This document shows, piece by piece, positions 1 through 10,238 of a stretch of 64,000 nucleotides of DNA (position 1 is the first letter of the stretch; every line of letters begins with the position of its first letter). The stretch is from positions 1,152,001-1,216,000 of the forward strand of contig CBDBLO010000002.1 in NCBI GenBank assembly GCA_965207075.1, in the 5' to 3' direction. The notes under the pieces were generated by a model. That model was not told where the DNA came from. It saw only the letters and a list, made by a program, of their open reading frames with translations, and made no database searches. The position numbers and the translations under genes were made by a program. Source of the DNA: Nitrosopumilus sp. GTDB lineage: Archaea; Thermoproteota; Nitrososphaeria; Nitrososphaerales; Nitrosopumilaceae.

Positions 1-153
1 AATTTTGTACGTTTTCTTACATGAAATGTACGCGGTCAGGTAAAGTGATTGAAAAGGGGTGGATGGAGACGCGATGGAGGGGATCCATGGCACGTCATCC
101 AGCCACCTATAGTCGCACGCGTTGTTAAAAAGGGCGGCCGGAGAGCCCGGTTT

Positions 154-232
154 GTCCAAAAATTCCTACTAATTGATTAAGCGGAACAAATTCTTTCCTG
201 CTAATTGATTAGCGGTAATTTTCGGGGACGGA
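154..232. repeat. Dispersed palindromic repeat, copy 1 (copy 2 at 48474-48552)
   Basis: AAAATTCCTACTAATTGATTAAGCGGAA is identical at 159-186 and 48479-48506, with similar flanks. Confidence 0.9.
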
Positions 233-517
233 CCGGCGGAAAAGGCACCCGCGGACGGCATTGAGGCGTTTTCATCCGAACCCTGACCACGTGCCGGGTC
301 GCGACCCGCTGCATCTGCCCCGGTTGTATCCGTTAAAGCGACCCGGCGAGGGAGGCAATAGCCCCGATGCACGCCAACGACGAGCCGATCATGAGCGCCG
401 ACAGTATGTCGTCCAAGTCCATGGCGCGCATGCAGCGGGGCGCTTATAGCGGCCCCGGCGTCTTCTTTTTTCCGCGCCGAAAAAGGCCGGTTATATGCAC
501 TCCAAACGCCTGCCAAT

Positions 518-682
518 ATGGCGCTCTGCGAGATATGCCACACCCGGGAGGCCGTGGACCCGCTGCGCACGTGCAACGGCTGCGGCGTCGCCCAGAACGG
601 CAGTTGTACGAACTGCGGCAAGGCCAGGTGCTCACCATACTCACCGTACTGCGCGGACTGCATGAAAAAACGATACGATTGA
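518..682 (+). CDS. Small Cys-rich Zn-finger protein (54 aa)
   Basis: MALCEICH..CNGC..CTNC..C..YCADC; TTATAT box 27 nt upstream; below the ORF-track size cut-off. Confidence 0.65.
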   Translation: MALCEICHTREAVDPLRTCNGCGVAQNGSCTNCGKARCSPYSPYCADCMKKRYD

Positions 683-754
683 TAGATACTTCAAGCCGGC
701 GGCCCGTTCCCCCACTGCATTCAATCTAGTAGTTGGGCATCAGGCCGGCCGCCT

Positions 755-895
755 TCAGTGGAGTATGATCCCGAAGTTATGATCACAGTCAAGGCACTTG
801 TACTGCTCGCATGCATATTCCGGATTCTCCAGTGTTGAGCTGCCCATGTAGTCGGTACACATGGACCCACATTCTGGGCAAATATCGCCGGCCAT
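755..895 (-). CDS. Small Zn-ribbon protein
   Basis: CPECG...YKCLDCDH; TTAAAT upstream. Confidence 0.6.
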   Translation of the reverse strand: MAGDICPECGSMCTDYMGSSTLENPEYACEQYKCLDCDHNFGIILH

Positions 896-1179
896 GTTCA
901 TTAGACGGCTGGGATTATTTAAGCCGCTTGGAATGAAAGTGTGCCCGGGCTGTCTTTTGAAATGCGGTCGAGGTGAATTATGCCCGGACAGGCCGCCGCC
1001 GGCGCGACTGCCTGCCTGTCTGGCGACATAACCCCTCACGCGCCGTATCGCAAAGACGCTCCGCCGCAGGCCCCGGTTTCCGCCGCTAGTATTTCAGGTC
1101 TGCGTCCACGTTTCCCTGCGTCATGTTCTGCTGCATGTGCATGAGATCCTGCCGACAAGCGAAACCACTTTTTGGCCCG

Positions 1180-1710
1180 CTAGCCTTCCAGTGTTTTCTT
1201 CTTTTCCTCGTATTCCTCGGCCGTTATCTCCCCATTGATGAATTTGGTCTTAAGCAGGTCCAGTGGGTTTTGGGGATGTTGCGTGGCCTGCAGTTTCTTT
1301 TTCTTGGCTGTGCTAATGAGTTCCTCCAACAGTGCAAACACTTTTTCGGCCTCCGACTTTCCAATGTCAGTGAGGGAAAAGACGTTTGAACCTGCACCTC
1401 TTCCCATAGTCTTCCACAAGCGGCCACTGCTAACCATAGACTGTTCCAAACCCCCGCTACCGCGGTGGAAGCTTATGGTTGCTCTCAGGGGCCCCTTGCT
1501 TATCTCCACATCCCCCACATCGTTCCACAGCAAAGACTGTACACTGCTTCCAAAAAGCGAGGGATCTCGAATTATCATGCGTTGGTTTGTGATGAAATAC
1601 GTGGAAGGCTTCATCAGGTGCTTCTGGGTTATGACATGCATTACTTCCTCGCCTGGCCTCAGCCTGTCTTGTATCTTGTCCTGTTCATGTTTCCCGCCCC
1701 GTTGGAACAT
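1180..1710 (-). CDS. Bacterial-type PH domain protein with C-terminal SHOCT domain
   Basis: L.PGEEV...ITNQRMII PH pattern; C-terminal LKTKFINGEITAEEYEEKKKTL. Confidence 0.8.
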   Translation of the reverse strand: MFQRGGKHEQDKIQDRLRPGEEVMHVITQKHLMKPSTYFITNQRMIIRDPSLFGSSVQSLLWNDVGDVEISKGPLRATISFHRGSGGLEQSMVSSGRLWKTMGRGAGSNVFSLTDIGKSEAEKVFALLEELISTAKKKKLQATQHPQNPLDLLKTKFINGEITAEEYEEKKKTLEG

Positions 1711-1781
1711 GGGTCATGATCTCATGCATAATTAAAAAATGTTTTTGCAGCGGGTCCTGCTTCTAGTCCGGCGCCGCGTAA

Positions 1782-2858
1782 TCAGTATTCCAGGTCGGCG
1801 ACCCGCTTGCCCACGGCCTCCGCGTCGTAGTTGTCGGGGATGCCTGCCATCTGCAACACCTGCGGGGGGACGCGGCCGTGCTTTGACATCCATAATATCT
1901 CACTCATCGGTGCCTTGAACTTGGCGTTCTTTGAGTATTCTAGGTCACTGGTGTATCCAAGTATGGACGGAGCCCTAGGCTCTCCCATCACGATCTTGTT
2001 CTCGTGGCGGTATCGCGGGCGGTTCGCCATGACAAGCATATCGGTATCTACCATCTTCTCCGTCATGGTCGGCACGAACCAGCCCATCTCGTAGCGGTCC
2101 GGCGTAACGAACGCGTTGCCCCTGACATACGGATACCCGTGGAAGAACCTAACGTACTCGGCGGGTATGCGGTACGCTCCAGTCTTGCCGTCAACCTCTG
2201 AGTCGCGGGCCTTGACGTACTTACGGGTGTCGTCAAGAAACGCCTTGTTATACGTGTAAAAATAGTCGCCATCGAGCCACGCGTCGTGCCACACCAGGTG
2301 GTCCGGCACGCGCTCCGGCACCTTCATTGACCTGTTCACCACGGCGTCTCGCGCCTCCGCCTCCATGAGCTTCCACGATTCCACGTCCTTTACGAGCTCG
2401 GGGTCGGGTTCCGACAGGTCGCCCTTCTTCACGAGCTTCTTCTCCTTTTCCAGCCTCTTCTCGGCATCCTTGAACATCTTGGTTACCCATTTGTCCCTGT
2501 CCTTGCGTATCTCCTCGCGCTGCTTGTCGTCGAATATCACGCGGGACCCGCCCTCCGTGGAGAAGTTGCTGGTGTAGTCATACTTTTCCTTTATTCGCTT
2601 CACGATGTCCTTGTTTCCCCGCGCCTTGAACTCGAACTCGTGCATCTGGCTCCCCTCGGGCCACCTAACCTTGATGCCGCGCAGACCCTTGGCCTCTATG
2701 CCCGCCATCTGGTTGTGCCACCTGTGGAAGACAACACCCTTCTTATGGATCTCCACAATGAGTCCTAGGTTCGTCACGTACAGCGTACCCTTGCCGAACA
2801 TAGTGTTCACTGGGTGCTGCGTCTCCACTTCCTCGTTATGCTGTAGCATTACAGGCAT
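1782..2858 (-). CDS. Hypothetical protein, possible N-terminal PH/GRAM-like fold
   Basis: 358-aa ORF; GTLYVTN motif. Confidence 0.6.
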   Translation of the reverse strand: MPVMLQHNEEVETQHPVNTMFGKGTLYVTNLGLIVEIHKKGVVFHRWHNQMAGIEAKGLRGIKVRWPEGSQMHEFEFKARGNKDIVKRIKEKYDYTSNFSTEGGSRVIFDDKQREEIRKDRDKWVTKMFKDAEKRLEKEKKLVKKGDLSEPDPELVKDVESWKLMEAEARDAVVNRSMKVPERVPDHLVWHDAWLDGDYFYTYNKAFLDDTRKYVKARDSEVDGKTGAYRIPAEYVRFFHGYPYVRGNAFVTPDRYEMGWFVPTMTEKMVDTDMLVMANRPRYRHENKIVMGEPRAPSILGYTSDLEYSKNAKFKAPMSEILWMSKHGRVPPQVLQMAGIPDNYDAEAVGKRVADLEY

Positions 2859-3012
2859 AATTTAGGTATGGCACCCCGTCTTTTAACATTTTCTATATTT
2901 TTTCTTAATTTTTTCCAATTTTTACGCTTGGAGTGGAAATTTCTGTAATTTGTAGAATATGTACTGATGCAGGTGCCATAATCAGTGCTTTTGCTGGTCA
3001 TGATGTCACCTC

Positions 3013-4788
3013 CTAGTCACGACCCAGCCCACTACCAACACTCCAACTGCCATCATCATTGAACGTATTGACAAAGTTACCCACTGCCGAGTTGAACGCG
3101 CTAGAATCAAAGTCGGACGGCATTGAAGCACCGGTCCCCATGTCCGCGGCCGCCCCGGGCGCCCCCGCGCCCGCGGGCGCCCCGGGTACCCCGGTGTCGG
3201 CCGCCGGCATGGCGCCAGCCATCCCGGCCGCCGCCGCGGTGCCGGCCGCGGCTCCCGCGGCCGCCGCGGGCCCGATGCCGAAGCCTCCTGGGGCGGTCAC
3301 TTCCTGCGGCGGCGTGAACATGTCGCTCGTCTTCATCTCCATACCCATCTGGTTGCCCGACTTCATCGCGTCGCCGCCACCAGGCATCTGTCCTATCATG
3401 CTGGCGCCGCTGCCCATGGCCGCTCCCGACAGTATGCCGCTTATGCCGTGCCCCTGCTGCGCGGCCTGCACCGCGCCCATGGCCATCCCCGTCCCCATCT
3501 GCGACGCCATCTGCGTGCTGCTGATCACCGCGGCGTTCACGGTGCTGGCGATCTGGCCGCCGAGCTGGGACAACAGCGGCGCGAGCATGAGGGGCCACGC
3601 GCCGGCAAGCGCCACGATGCCCAGCGCCTGCACCCACTCCTCCAGCGAGTTGAGTGTGGTCGCGTTTGACAGGTACTCCCAGCCGACCACAAGCGTGAGG
3701 GCGGAGAAGAACGGGGAGATTGCCCCGCCTATCATGCTGTTTATGAGCTTGTCCGCGTGCGTGCTCACGTACGGCAGGTGCTTCAGTATGACAAGCACCG
3801 GCATGATGATGAGTATGATGCTGATGAACAGCACGCGTATTTCGCCCACGACGAACATCGTGAGGGTCGTGGTGAGCGCGGGCACCAGCTTGAAGAACGG
3901 CAGCAGCACCTTGCCTATCAGCGTCATGCCAAAGTCGGACGGCGACGTGAGCGCGGTGGCCCAGCCCAGTGGGTTGAGCAGGTCGGCAAAGTTGAACATG
4001 CACGGCGCCGTGGCTCCCAGCTTGCACCACAGGCCGTCTATGACCTGCTGCGGTTCGTCGCCGCCGATGCGCATCAGGTCGACCGAAAAATCCTCCATCC
4101 CCAGGGCGAAAAAATCCCACACCTGCGGCAGCAGCCATATTATAATGAGCCCGAACACCGCCCCGCGGAACATGCCGGCCGCCGTCCCACGCCCCCACAG
4201 CCCGAAGCCCTTTTCCATGAAGTGCCCCGCCGCCGAGAATATCATCATCAGGACTAGTATTATGGTGGCGGAGACCGCGAAATAGTTGTACATGTGTATT
4301 ATCGTGGTCTCCTTGTCCACCCAGCCCAGCCCCCTCAGTTCCGCATTGATCCCGTACAGTTCCTTGTTGGCGTCCTTTATCGCCTCGTAGTTGCCCACTT
4401 CGTCCGTGCTCGGTATTCCAGACAGGAACACGTTGTCCAGGTCGACGCTTCCGTCATCCCCGACCGCACTGGAGCCGGCCTGCAGCCCCCTTATCTCCTC
4501 CATCTTCGCGTCGCGTTCGGCAAGCAGCGCCCTGACGTCCGCCTCGTTGGCCGCCGGTACCTCCCCACTCATGCGCACGCCCTCGTCGTCGTACTCGTAC
4601 ATGGTGGGCACGTCCGTCAGACTCTCCACTATGCTCCCCTGTATGATGCCGGTAAACGCGGTCATCACTCCTATGTACACCACAACGCCGAGCAGCATGA
4701 TGCCGAGCATCATCGGCCCCTGGAGCAGGAAGGCGGGCCTCCCGCCCCTCATACTGCGTCTGCCCGTGTGCCTAGCCTTGCGCGCCAC
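3013..4788 (-). CDS. VirB6/TrbL-like conjugation membrane protein
   Basis: Multiple TM segments followed by a Gly/Ala/Met-rich low-complexity tail, typical of TrbL/VirB6. Confidence 0.6.
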   Translation of the reverse strand: MARKARHTGRRSMRGGRPAFLLQGPMMLGIMLLGVVVYIGVMTAFTGIIQGSIVESLTDVPTMYEYDDEGVRMSGEVPAANEADVRALLAERDAKMEEIRGLQAGSSAVGDDGSVDLDNVFLSGIPSTDEVGNYEAIKDANKELYGINAELRGLGWVDKETTIIHMYNYFAVSATIILVLMMIFSAAGHFMEKGFGLWGRGTAAGMFRGAVFGLIIIWLLPQVWDFFALGMEDFSVDLMRIGGDEPQQVIDGLWCKLGATAPCMFNFADLLNPLGWATALTSPSDFGMTLIGKVLLPFFKLVPALTTTLTMFVVGEIRVLFISIILIIMPVLVILKHLPYVSTHADKLINSMIGGAISPFFSALTLVVGWEYLSNATTLNSLEEWVQALGIVALAGAWPLMLAPLLSQLGGQIASTVNAAVISSTQMASQMGTGMAMGAVQAAQQGHGISGILSGAAMGSGASMIGQMPGGGDAMKSGNQMGMEMKTSDMFTPPQEVTAPGGFGIGPAAAAGAAAGTAAAAGMAGAMPAADTGVPGAPAGAGAPGAAADMGTGASMPSDFDSSAFNSAVGNFVNTFNDDGSWSVGSGLGRD

Positions 4789-5182
4789 ACACGCAGACTG
4801 CGCGCCCCGTTAAAAGGCCCTCAGGGGTTCAAAAGCCAGCACTCTACGGTGCCGCACGTACTGGAACCGGGCTTCTTCCTGTTGACGCTGCAGCGCCCGC
4901 ACAGGCTCTTATCTGCCATGACTCAAACCGGTCCGTCCGCATAAGACGTGGTTACATCCGGTTGGACTGCTCCTCGGCGCACGGCGGGCACGCGACGGAC
5001 GGTATGTCGCCGTCGCCCCTCGCGGTCACGTCGTATTCCAGCTTCTTGCCGCATACGTAGCAGTTGGTGATCTTCAACTCCATGTACGTAGTGTGGCGCG
5101 TTTCTTTTAACTATTGGAGCGTTCCATCCGTCTCACGACACCGCCCGTACAAAGCCTAGGACGGAAAAACACCGGGATTGTC

Positions 5183-5875
5183 TTACGGGAAGTTCATGGA
5201 GCCCGCCACGCTAGGGTGGGTGGGAGGTGCGGTTGCCCCCACCGCCCCCATGCGCTCCATCACGACGCCAGGTGCAGCGTGGATCTCGCCGCGTTCCAGC
5301 ACGACGTCGGCCTGCCTCCTGACAGCATCACAGGTGGATGCGTGTGCAACCTTCAGCCTGCACATCTTCATGAGTGAAAGGTCGTTTGCGCCGTCGACTA
5401 TGCAGGCCATGTGTTCCGGCGACGCGTCTGGCAGCGCCCTCCTTATGGCCGCCGCCTTATCCGCTCCTACGTTTATGCGGACGCCGTCAAGCCGGTCATG
5501 CTCGTCAAAGACGAGGTGGTTTGCCAGCACCATGTCAAGCCCCAGGGTTTGCCGGAGGGTGTCGGGGAACAGCATGGAGAAGCCGCCTGACACCACCACT
5601 ATTTGCCATCCCGCCTGCTTCATGGCGCGGCACATCTCGGTGATCCCTGGTGTCAGCGGCAGTTCTTTCGCAGTTTCCTCACACAGTTCGTACGGCGTGC
5701 CGCGCAGCGCGTTTATGCGGGCGCGCAGCCCGTCCTCCCAGTCTATCTTTCCCTGGAATCCCTCCCTGGTTATGCGGTCGACCTCCGCTCCCGCGGCCTT
5801 TGACCGCGCGGCAGCAAGCCTGGGCAGGTACTCGGCGTCAAACACCACGCCCTCTGCGTCAAGTATCAGGATCAT
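5183..5875 (-). CDS. serB: Phosphoserine phosphatase-like HAD hydrolase
   Basis: LDAEGV motif I, ITREGFQGKIDWEDGLRARI, VVSGGF, DGANDL. Confidence 0.8.
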   Translation of the reverse strand: MILILDAEGVVFDAEYLPRLAAARSKAAGAEVDRITREGFQGKIDWEDGLRARINALRGTPYELCEETAKELPLTPGITEMCRAMKQAGWQIVVVSGGFSMLFPDTLRQTLGLDMVLANHLVFDEHDRLDGVRINVGADKAAAIRRALPDASPEHMACIVDGANDLSLMKMCRLKVAHASTCDAVRRQADVVLERGEIHAAPGVVMERMGAVGATAPPTHPSVAGSMNFP

Positions 5876-6280
5876 GCCGAACAGCATCCGCCCCTGTATA
5901 ATAACCAAGTCTCTGGCCGGTCATTCCGCGGAGTCAAACTTGCCGCAGCCCGACCGGCACACGCCGACCCTGCGGCCGCGGATCTCATAACAGTGACAGC
6001 TGTCCTTGCCGCACTTTTCGCACGGACATCGTACCCCCCCCTCGGTCAGTCCTCGACCTGCCCGTGGCACGTGTTGCATATCGTCTTGCCACCCGGGGTC
6101 TTGTACATCTCGCGGTCCAGGTCCGGGTCGCAAGTGCACTTTGTATCGTATCCCATCACGGCCACCCGGGGTCGTCCTTGTGCCAGGGTCCGTGCCCGTA
6201 GCGGCACTGGTACCAGCCCGGTCTGTCAGGAACCTCGCGGCACTCCTCGATGCCGTGCTTGCACACGCGGCAGATCAGCA

Positions 6281-6442
6281 TCACTTTTTCACCGTCCCGC
6301 ACTTCATGCACTTGTCTCCGTCGAACTGCGTCAAATCCTGACACTTGTTGCAGAACGTCCACTCGCTGTAGTAGTCGCCGGAGGAGTTCTTCTGAGTGGT
6401 CTCTGCCATCTCCCTCACCTTTTCATCCGCCCAGTCTGCCAT
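6281..6442 (-). CDS. Small Zn-ribbon protein (paralog of 6550-6684)
   Basis: MADWADEK..CNKC..FDGDKCMKCGTVKK. Confidence 0.7.
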   Translation of the reverse strand: MADWADEKVREMAETTQKNSSGDYYSEWTFCNKCQDLTQFDGDKCMKCGTVKK

Positions 6443-6549
6443 CGCGCACACTGTACGCGGGAGCATAAAAGGCCGCCATGCAGCACGCGCAGGTCAGTCC
6501 CGGGCGTTCCACTACGCTTCCACGCCGTGCTTGCACTCGCGGCATATCC

Positions 6550-6684
6550 TCATTTTTTCACCGTTCCGCATTTCGTGCACTTGTCGCCGTCGAACCGCAC
6601 CAGTGGTTCGTCGCAGTTGCCACAGTACCCGAACACGCCACCGCGGCTCATCTCCTTTGCCTTTTCCTCCGTCCAGTCTCCCAT
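6550..6684 (-). CDS. Small Zn-ribbon protein (paralog of 6281-6442)
   Basis: MGDWTEEK..CGNC..FDGDKCTKCGTVKK. Confidence 0.7.
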   Translation of the reverse strand: MGDWTEEKAKEMSRGGVFGYCGNCDEPLVRFDGDKCTKCGTVKK

Positions 6685-6956
6685 CAGGCGCACTGCACAC
6701 TGGAGCATAAAAGGCGGACTACGTGCAAGGCGGAATCATATACAAAAATTAGACGTTGCCGACCGAACGCAGCCACCGTCTCAGTCTGGGCCTCAGGAAC
6801 TGTTCACCGAAACATTCTTCGCACCTGTATCTCGTGATCATTGGACACCATACCAACGGCACTGGATAGTGTCGCGTGTCCTTGCGGCAACCCGTACACT
6901 GTGCGATCCTATGACTTTCGTCCGTGGTACGGATCATCCGCGAAGCATAAAAGAAG

Positions 6957-7640
6957 TCAGCCCGAGTCCATCCCGCTTATGACCGTTCCAGTCAGCACCC
7001 CGCCGACGAGCAGTCCCAGCCCGTACATGGCGAACTCCTTGCCGCTGTTGTCTGCACCGCCGCCGTAAAGAGCAAGCGCCGTCCGGGCGTACTTGTCGCG
7101 CTCCTCGCCGTAGTCGTATGGCGGCTCCGTACTGGACAGCAGTTTCTCTCCCTCGGTCGTCGCACGGACCACAGACGGCAACCCGCCCCCCCACCCGCCG
7201 TCCGAGGCGCCCATTATCTCGGCCGCCGCCTTGAAGAATTGTCTGTCCTCCTTCTTCGCCACCTTTGCCAGGTTGCCCGCGTACCTCTTTGCAGGCGGCG
7301 AGTCCAGGAACGCCTGCAGGCACTCTCTCTCGTCGAACGAAAGACTGCCGGCGTCCTCCACGCCCACCAGCCCGCGGCAGTACAGCCTGAGCGTTGACTT
7401 TGTCAGCCGCATGGTTCCCACGCCCAGCAGCGCAACCTGCTCATTGCGGTGGATCATTTCCAGCACCAGCCGATCGTCCCGGGTCAGTTCCCCCTCTGCA
7501 TGTTCCTCTCTGACGGACTCCACGTACTTCTCGTCCTCGGTCATGGGTGTCCCGTCGGAGCCGAGCCTCTGCAGGTAGTCTCGCTCATAGCGTGCTAACT
7601 CTGCGTCGCGTCCTTGTCCCATCACAATCCATCCCTGCAA
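6957..7640 (-). CDS. Hypothetical protein with C-terminal TM anchor
   Basis: Long ORF with a hydrophobic C-terminus. Confidence 0.6.
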   Translation of the reverse strand: MQGWIVMGQGRDAELARYERDYLQRLGSDGTPMTEDEKYVESVREEHAEGELTRDDRLVLEMIHRNEQVALLGVGTMRLTKSTLRLYCRGLVGVEDAGSLSFDERECLQAFLDSPPAKRYAGNLAKVAKKEDRQFFKAAAEIMGASDGGWGGGLPSVVRATTEGEKLLSSTEPPYDYGEERDKYARTALALYGGGADNSGKEFAMYGLGLLVGGVLTGTVISGMDSG

Positions 7641-8127
7641 CCGAGTCGGTACACGATGCTAGGAGGCCAGTGTATTGTATGTGTGTTTTTCACCAATTCA
7701 TCATAGCATGGCATTGCCGTCGTTGTGCTTACTGGCGCACTCTGGACACAGGTCGTGCCCGCCGCGCGCCTGCGACTCGTTCAATTCCCTGCCGCGCTTT
7801 TGGCACTAGAACATGCCAGCCGGTGCTCTAGGCCGGCCCCTGCCGCTCCTTGCCGCACTTTTTGCATTTCAGGTCGAGTGACATGCCGTGCCGCTCGGGG
7901 TGCTCGGCCAGTATATCGGCGTCCGTGCTGCCGCACCCGGGGCACTCGTTGCGCAGGCTCATCAGAGTTCCACCGTCATGCCCGTATTGCGCCGACGCGA
8001 ATAAAAGGCAACGTCCTTACGGACGCGATGGGTGAGGGGCTCGGCCCGCGCGCCCAGTCCGGCTTCCGCCCACCGACACCCGTCTTCAGAGTGGCGTCGT
8101 CAAACCCGACTGACCCGTCGCGTCGCA

Positions 8128-8168
8128 TTATGCGTACCCATAGATATATACTTTTATGCGTACCCATA
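8128..8168. promoter_or_regulatory. Direct-repeat operator overlapping the promoter of the AbrB-like gene
   Basis: TTATGCGTACCCATA at 8128-8142 and 8154-8168, around TATATA. Confidence 0.65.
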
Positions 8169-8193
8169 AATACTACGCCACGTAACCCCATAC

Positions 8194-8391
8194 ATGACAC
8201 GGTGGAAGAAGGACGAGACGGTGTTCGTGGTCAGCGTGAGCTCGAACGGGCACACGAGGTCGTGCAGGCTGCCCAAGCCCGTACTCGAATTGCTGGGCGA
8301 CCCGGATACGGTGTCGTTCGTGGTTGACGGCGGGGACGTGCGCGTGGTGGCCGGAGGCAGGGACGCGCGGGAGAACGGGGGCGCGGAATGA
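8194..8391 (+). CDS. AbrB/MazE-like DNA-binding protein (thaumarchaeal MTRWKKD type)
   Basis: MTRWKKDET.FVVSV...RLPKPVLELLGDPDTVSFVV. Confidence 0.7.
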   Translation: MTRWKKDETVFVVSVSSNGHTRSCRLPKPVLELLGDPDTVSFVVDGGDVRVVAGGRDARENGGAE

Positions 8392-9029
8392 TGGACTGGA
8401 CGAAGGCGGGCATCATCATGTCCGTAGGGCTGTGGGTTGCGGCGATACTCGTTGCGACCGGCTGGAACTTTTGGGCCGGTGTGGTCGTGTGGGTTGCGTC
8501 ACTGGCCGTGTTTTTGAAATACTACGATGCGCGCGCAAGGGCCAAAAAGGCCGAGAGGATGCGCGCTCTCGTGCGGTTCGGAGCAGAGAAGATGGACGGC
8601 ATGACCGGCGTGCAGTTCGAGCAGATGCTGGCGGCCGTGTTCACCGCGCTGGGGTACGGCGTGTCCACGACGCCGGCGTCCGGCGACTACGGGGCGGACC
8701 TCATCATGACCCGGGGCGGACAGAGGATCGCCGTGCAGGCCAAGCGGCTCTCGCAGAACGTCGGCAACAAGGCCGTGCAGGAGGCAGCCGCCGGCGCGCT
8801 GCACTACGGCGCGCACGAGGCGTGGGTCGTGACCAATTCCCGGTTCACGCGCGGCGCGGTCAAGCAGGCCGGGAGCGCCGGCGTGGTGCTGGTGGACCGG
8901 GACAAACTTGTGGAATACATCATATGCGCCAATGACGCGGCCGGTATGCTGGGCAGGCCCGACAGAGTGGCGTTTGTGGTGGATGACAAAGGAAAGGACA
9001 TACGCGTGGTGCGGGAGGCCGGATCATGA
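8388..9029 (+). CDS. Membrane-anchored Mrr-family restriction endonuclease
   Basis: N-terminal TM segments; FEQ..LGY..T.ASGDYGADL...AVQAKR..VG.KAVQE...VVTNSRFT. Confidence 0.88.
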   Translation: MMDWTKAGIIMSVGLWVAAILVATGWNFWAGVVVWVASLAVFLKYYDARARAKKAERMRALVRFGAEKMDGMTGVQFEQMLAAVFTALGYGVSTTPASGDYGADLIMTRGGQRIAVQAKRLSQNVGNKAVQEAAAGALHYGAHEAWVVTNSRFTRGAVKQAGSAGVVLVDRDKLVEYIICANDAAGMLGRPDRVAFVVDDKGKDIRVVREAGS

Positions 9030-10107
9030 AGCTCTACCCGTCGTGCCTGGAGTGCGGCGGCGACATTGCCGAGCGCCCGGCCGGCGGCATCGCGGCATCG
9101 GACCTGCACATACACCCGTACCGTCCAGGCGGAGTCCCCCTCGGCCCTCGGCAGCGGGGACCACAAAGAGGCCGCCGCCCGATGGCCAAGTCCCCGTACG
9201 CCTGCAACAACTGCGGCCACCCGTCCTACATGCACGACGACAACTCCGAGGGCAAGAGGCATCCGGGACGGTGCCAAGGCGGACCGCGCATCTGGCCATG
9301 CTCATGCCGCTACCATGAACCGGGCCACGTGGAGGACGAGGACTGATGGGCTTCACGCGCCGCGATGGTTTATTGTGCTGCGACTTTGCGGCAAGACCCG
9401 GCGGGACGGCAAACCCGGCCCGTAGTACGTGAATAATACAGGTTGACAGGGACGTACTGATGAAGTTCATCGTGCTTGCGGGGTGCGGTTATTGGCAGTG
9501 CGTGCAGCCGCCGCACAGCCCGTCCTCGTACAAATAGTGGGGCGGGCAGGACCTGTCGCAGCCCGGGCACTTGGGGTCGGTGTCGTGGCAGGCGCCGCAT
9601 ATGAAGCCGCCCGGGACGGTGCGGTGCACCTCGCCGGTTATGGGCTGGCAGCATTTCTCGCAGTCTACCATATCCGCAAGCGCCGGGGTTCATAAAAGGC
9701 TCCGTCCGGGCATTCAGCCGCACACGCCGCCCACACTGCAACTTTTGCAGAACCCTCGGTTGCCGCCGCATATCGGCTTGCCGCACTCCATGCACTCGCC
9801 CTCGACACATATGCTGCACCTTTCCCGGCCGCACGCCTTGCACTTCACGCCCCCGGATTCAACCCCACACATCCCGCAGTAGCCGGGTCCCTCGCCCATG
9901 CCCCCTAAGCGGCGGAGCGCCTTTAAGGTGCGGCAATGCGCAGTCCCTGCAGGGCGTTTTTATCCAAACCGCCCATAAGTTGCATGGGCGGGGAAATGGC
10001 GTGGTGCTACGAGTGTGGCGCGCGCGTGCCGATAAAGCTTGACGGCACGGAGCAGAAGTGTTCAAAGTGCGGCGCGCGGTTTACGAACATAATAGGCTGA
10101 AAGGCGG

Positions 10108-10162
10108 GCGCTTCTTTTTATAGATTGGTTGAACCCGGTGTGCGCCTCTTTTTATAGATTGG
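10108..10162. repeat. Tandem duplicated 21-bp TATA-containing element
   Basis: GCGC(T/C)TCTTTTTATAGATTGG at 10108 and 10142. Confidence 0.75.
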
Positions 10163-10238
10163 ACATGCGGTCCGGTACTCGCGGCTCACTGGCCTTGGTT
10201 CACGGGGCAGGCGTAAGGCATCATTTGTAGCGGCATGC

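Noticed and set aside
3059-4285. Long antisense ORFs (also 39086-40468, 49566-50261 and many others)
   Set aside because: Shadow frames of real genes in GC-rich DNA
7700-7815. Amber recoding suggested by MF*CQKRGREL...CPEC and GVEA* (6512)
   Set aside because: TAG terminates many clear genes here and there is no suppressor tRNA; more likely decayed micro-genes
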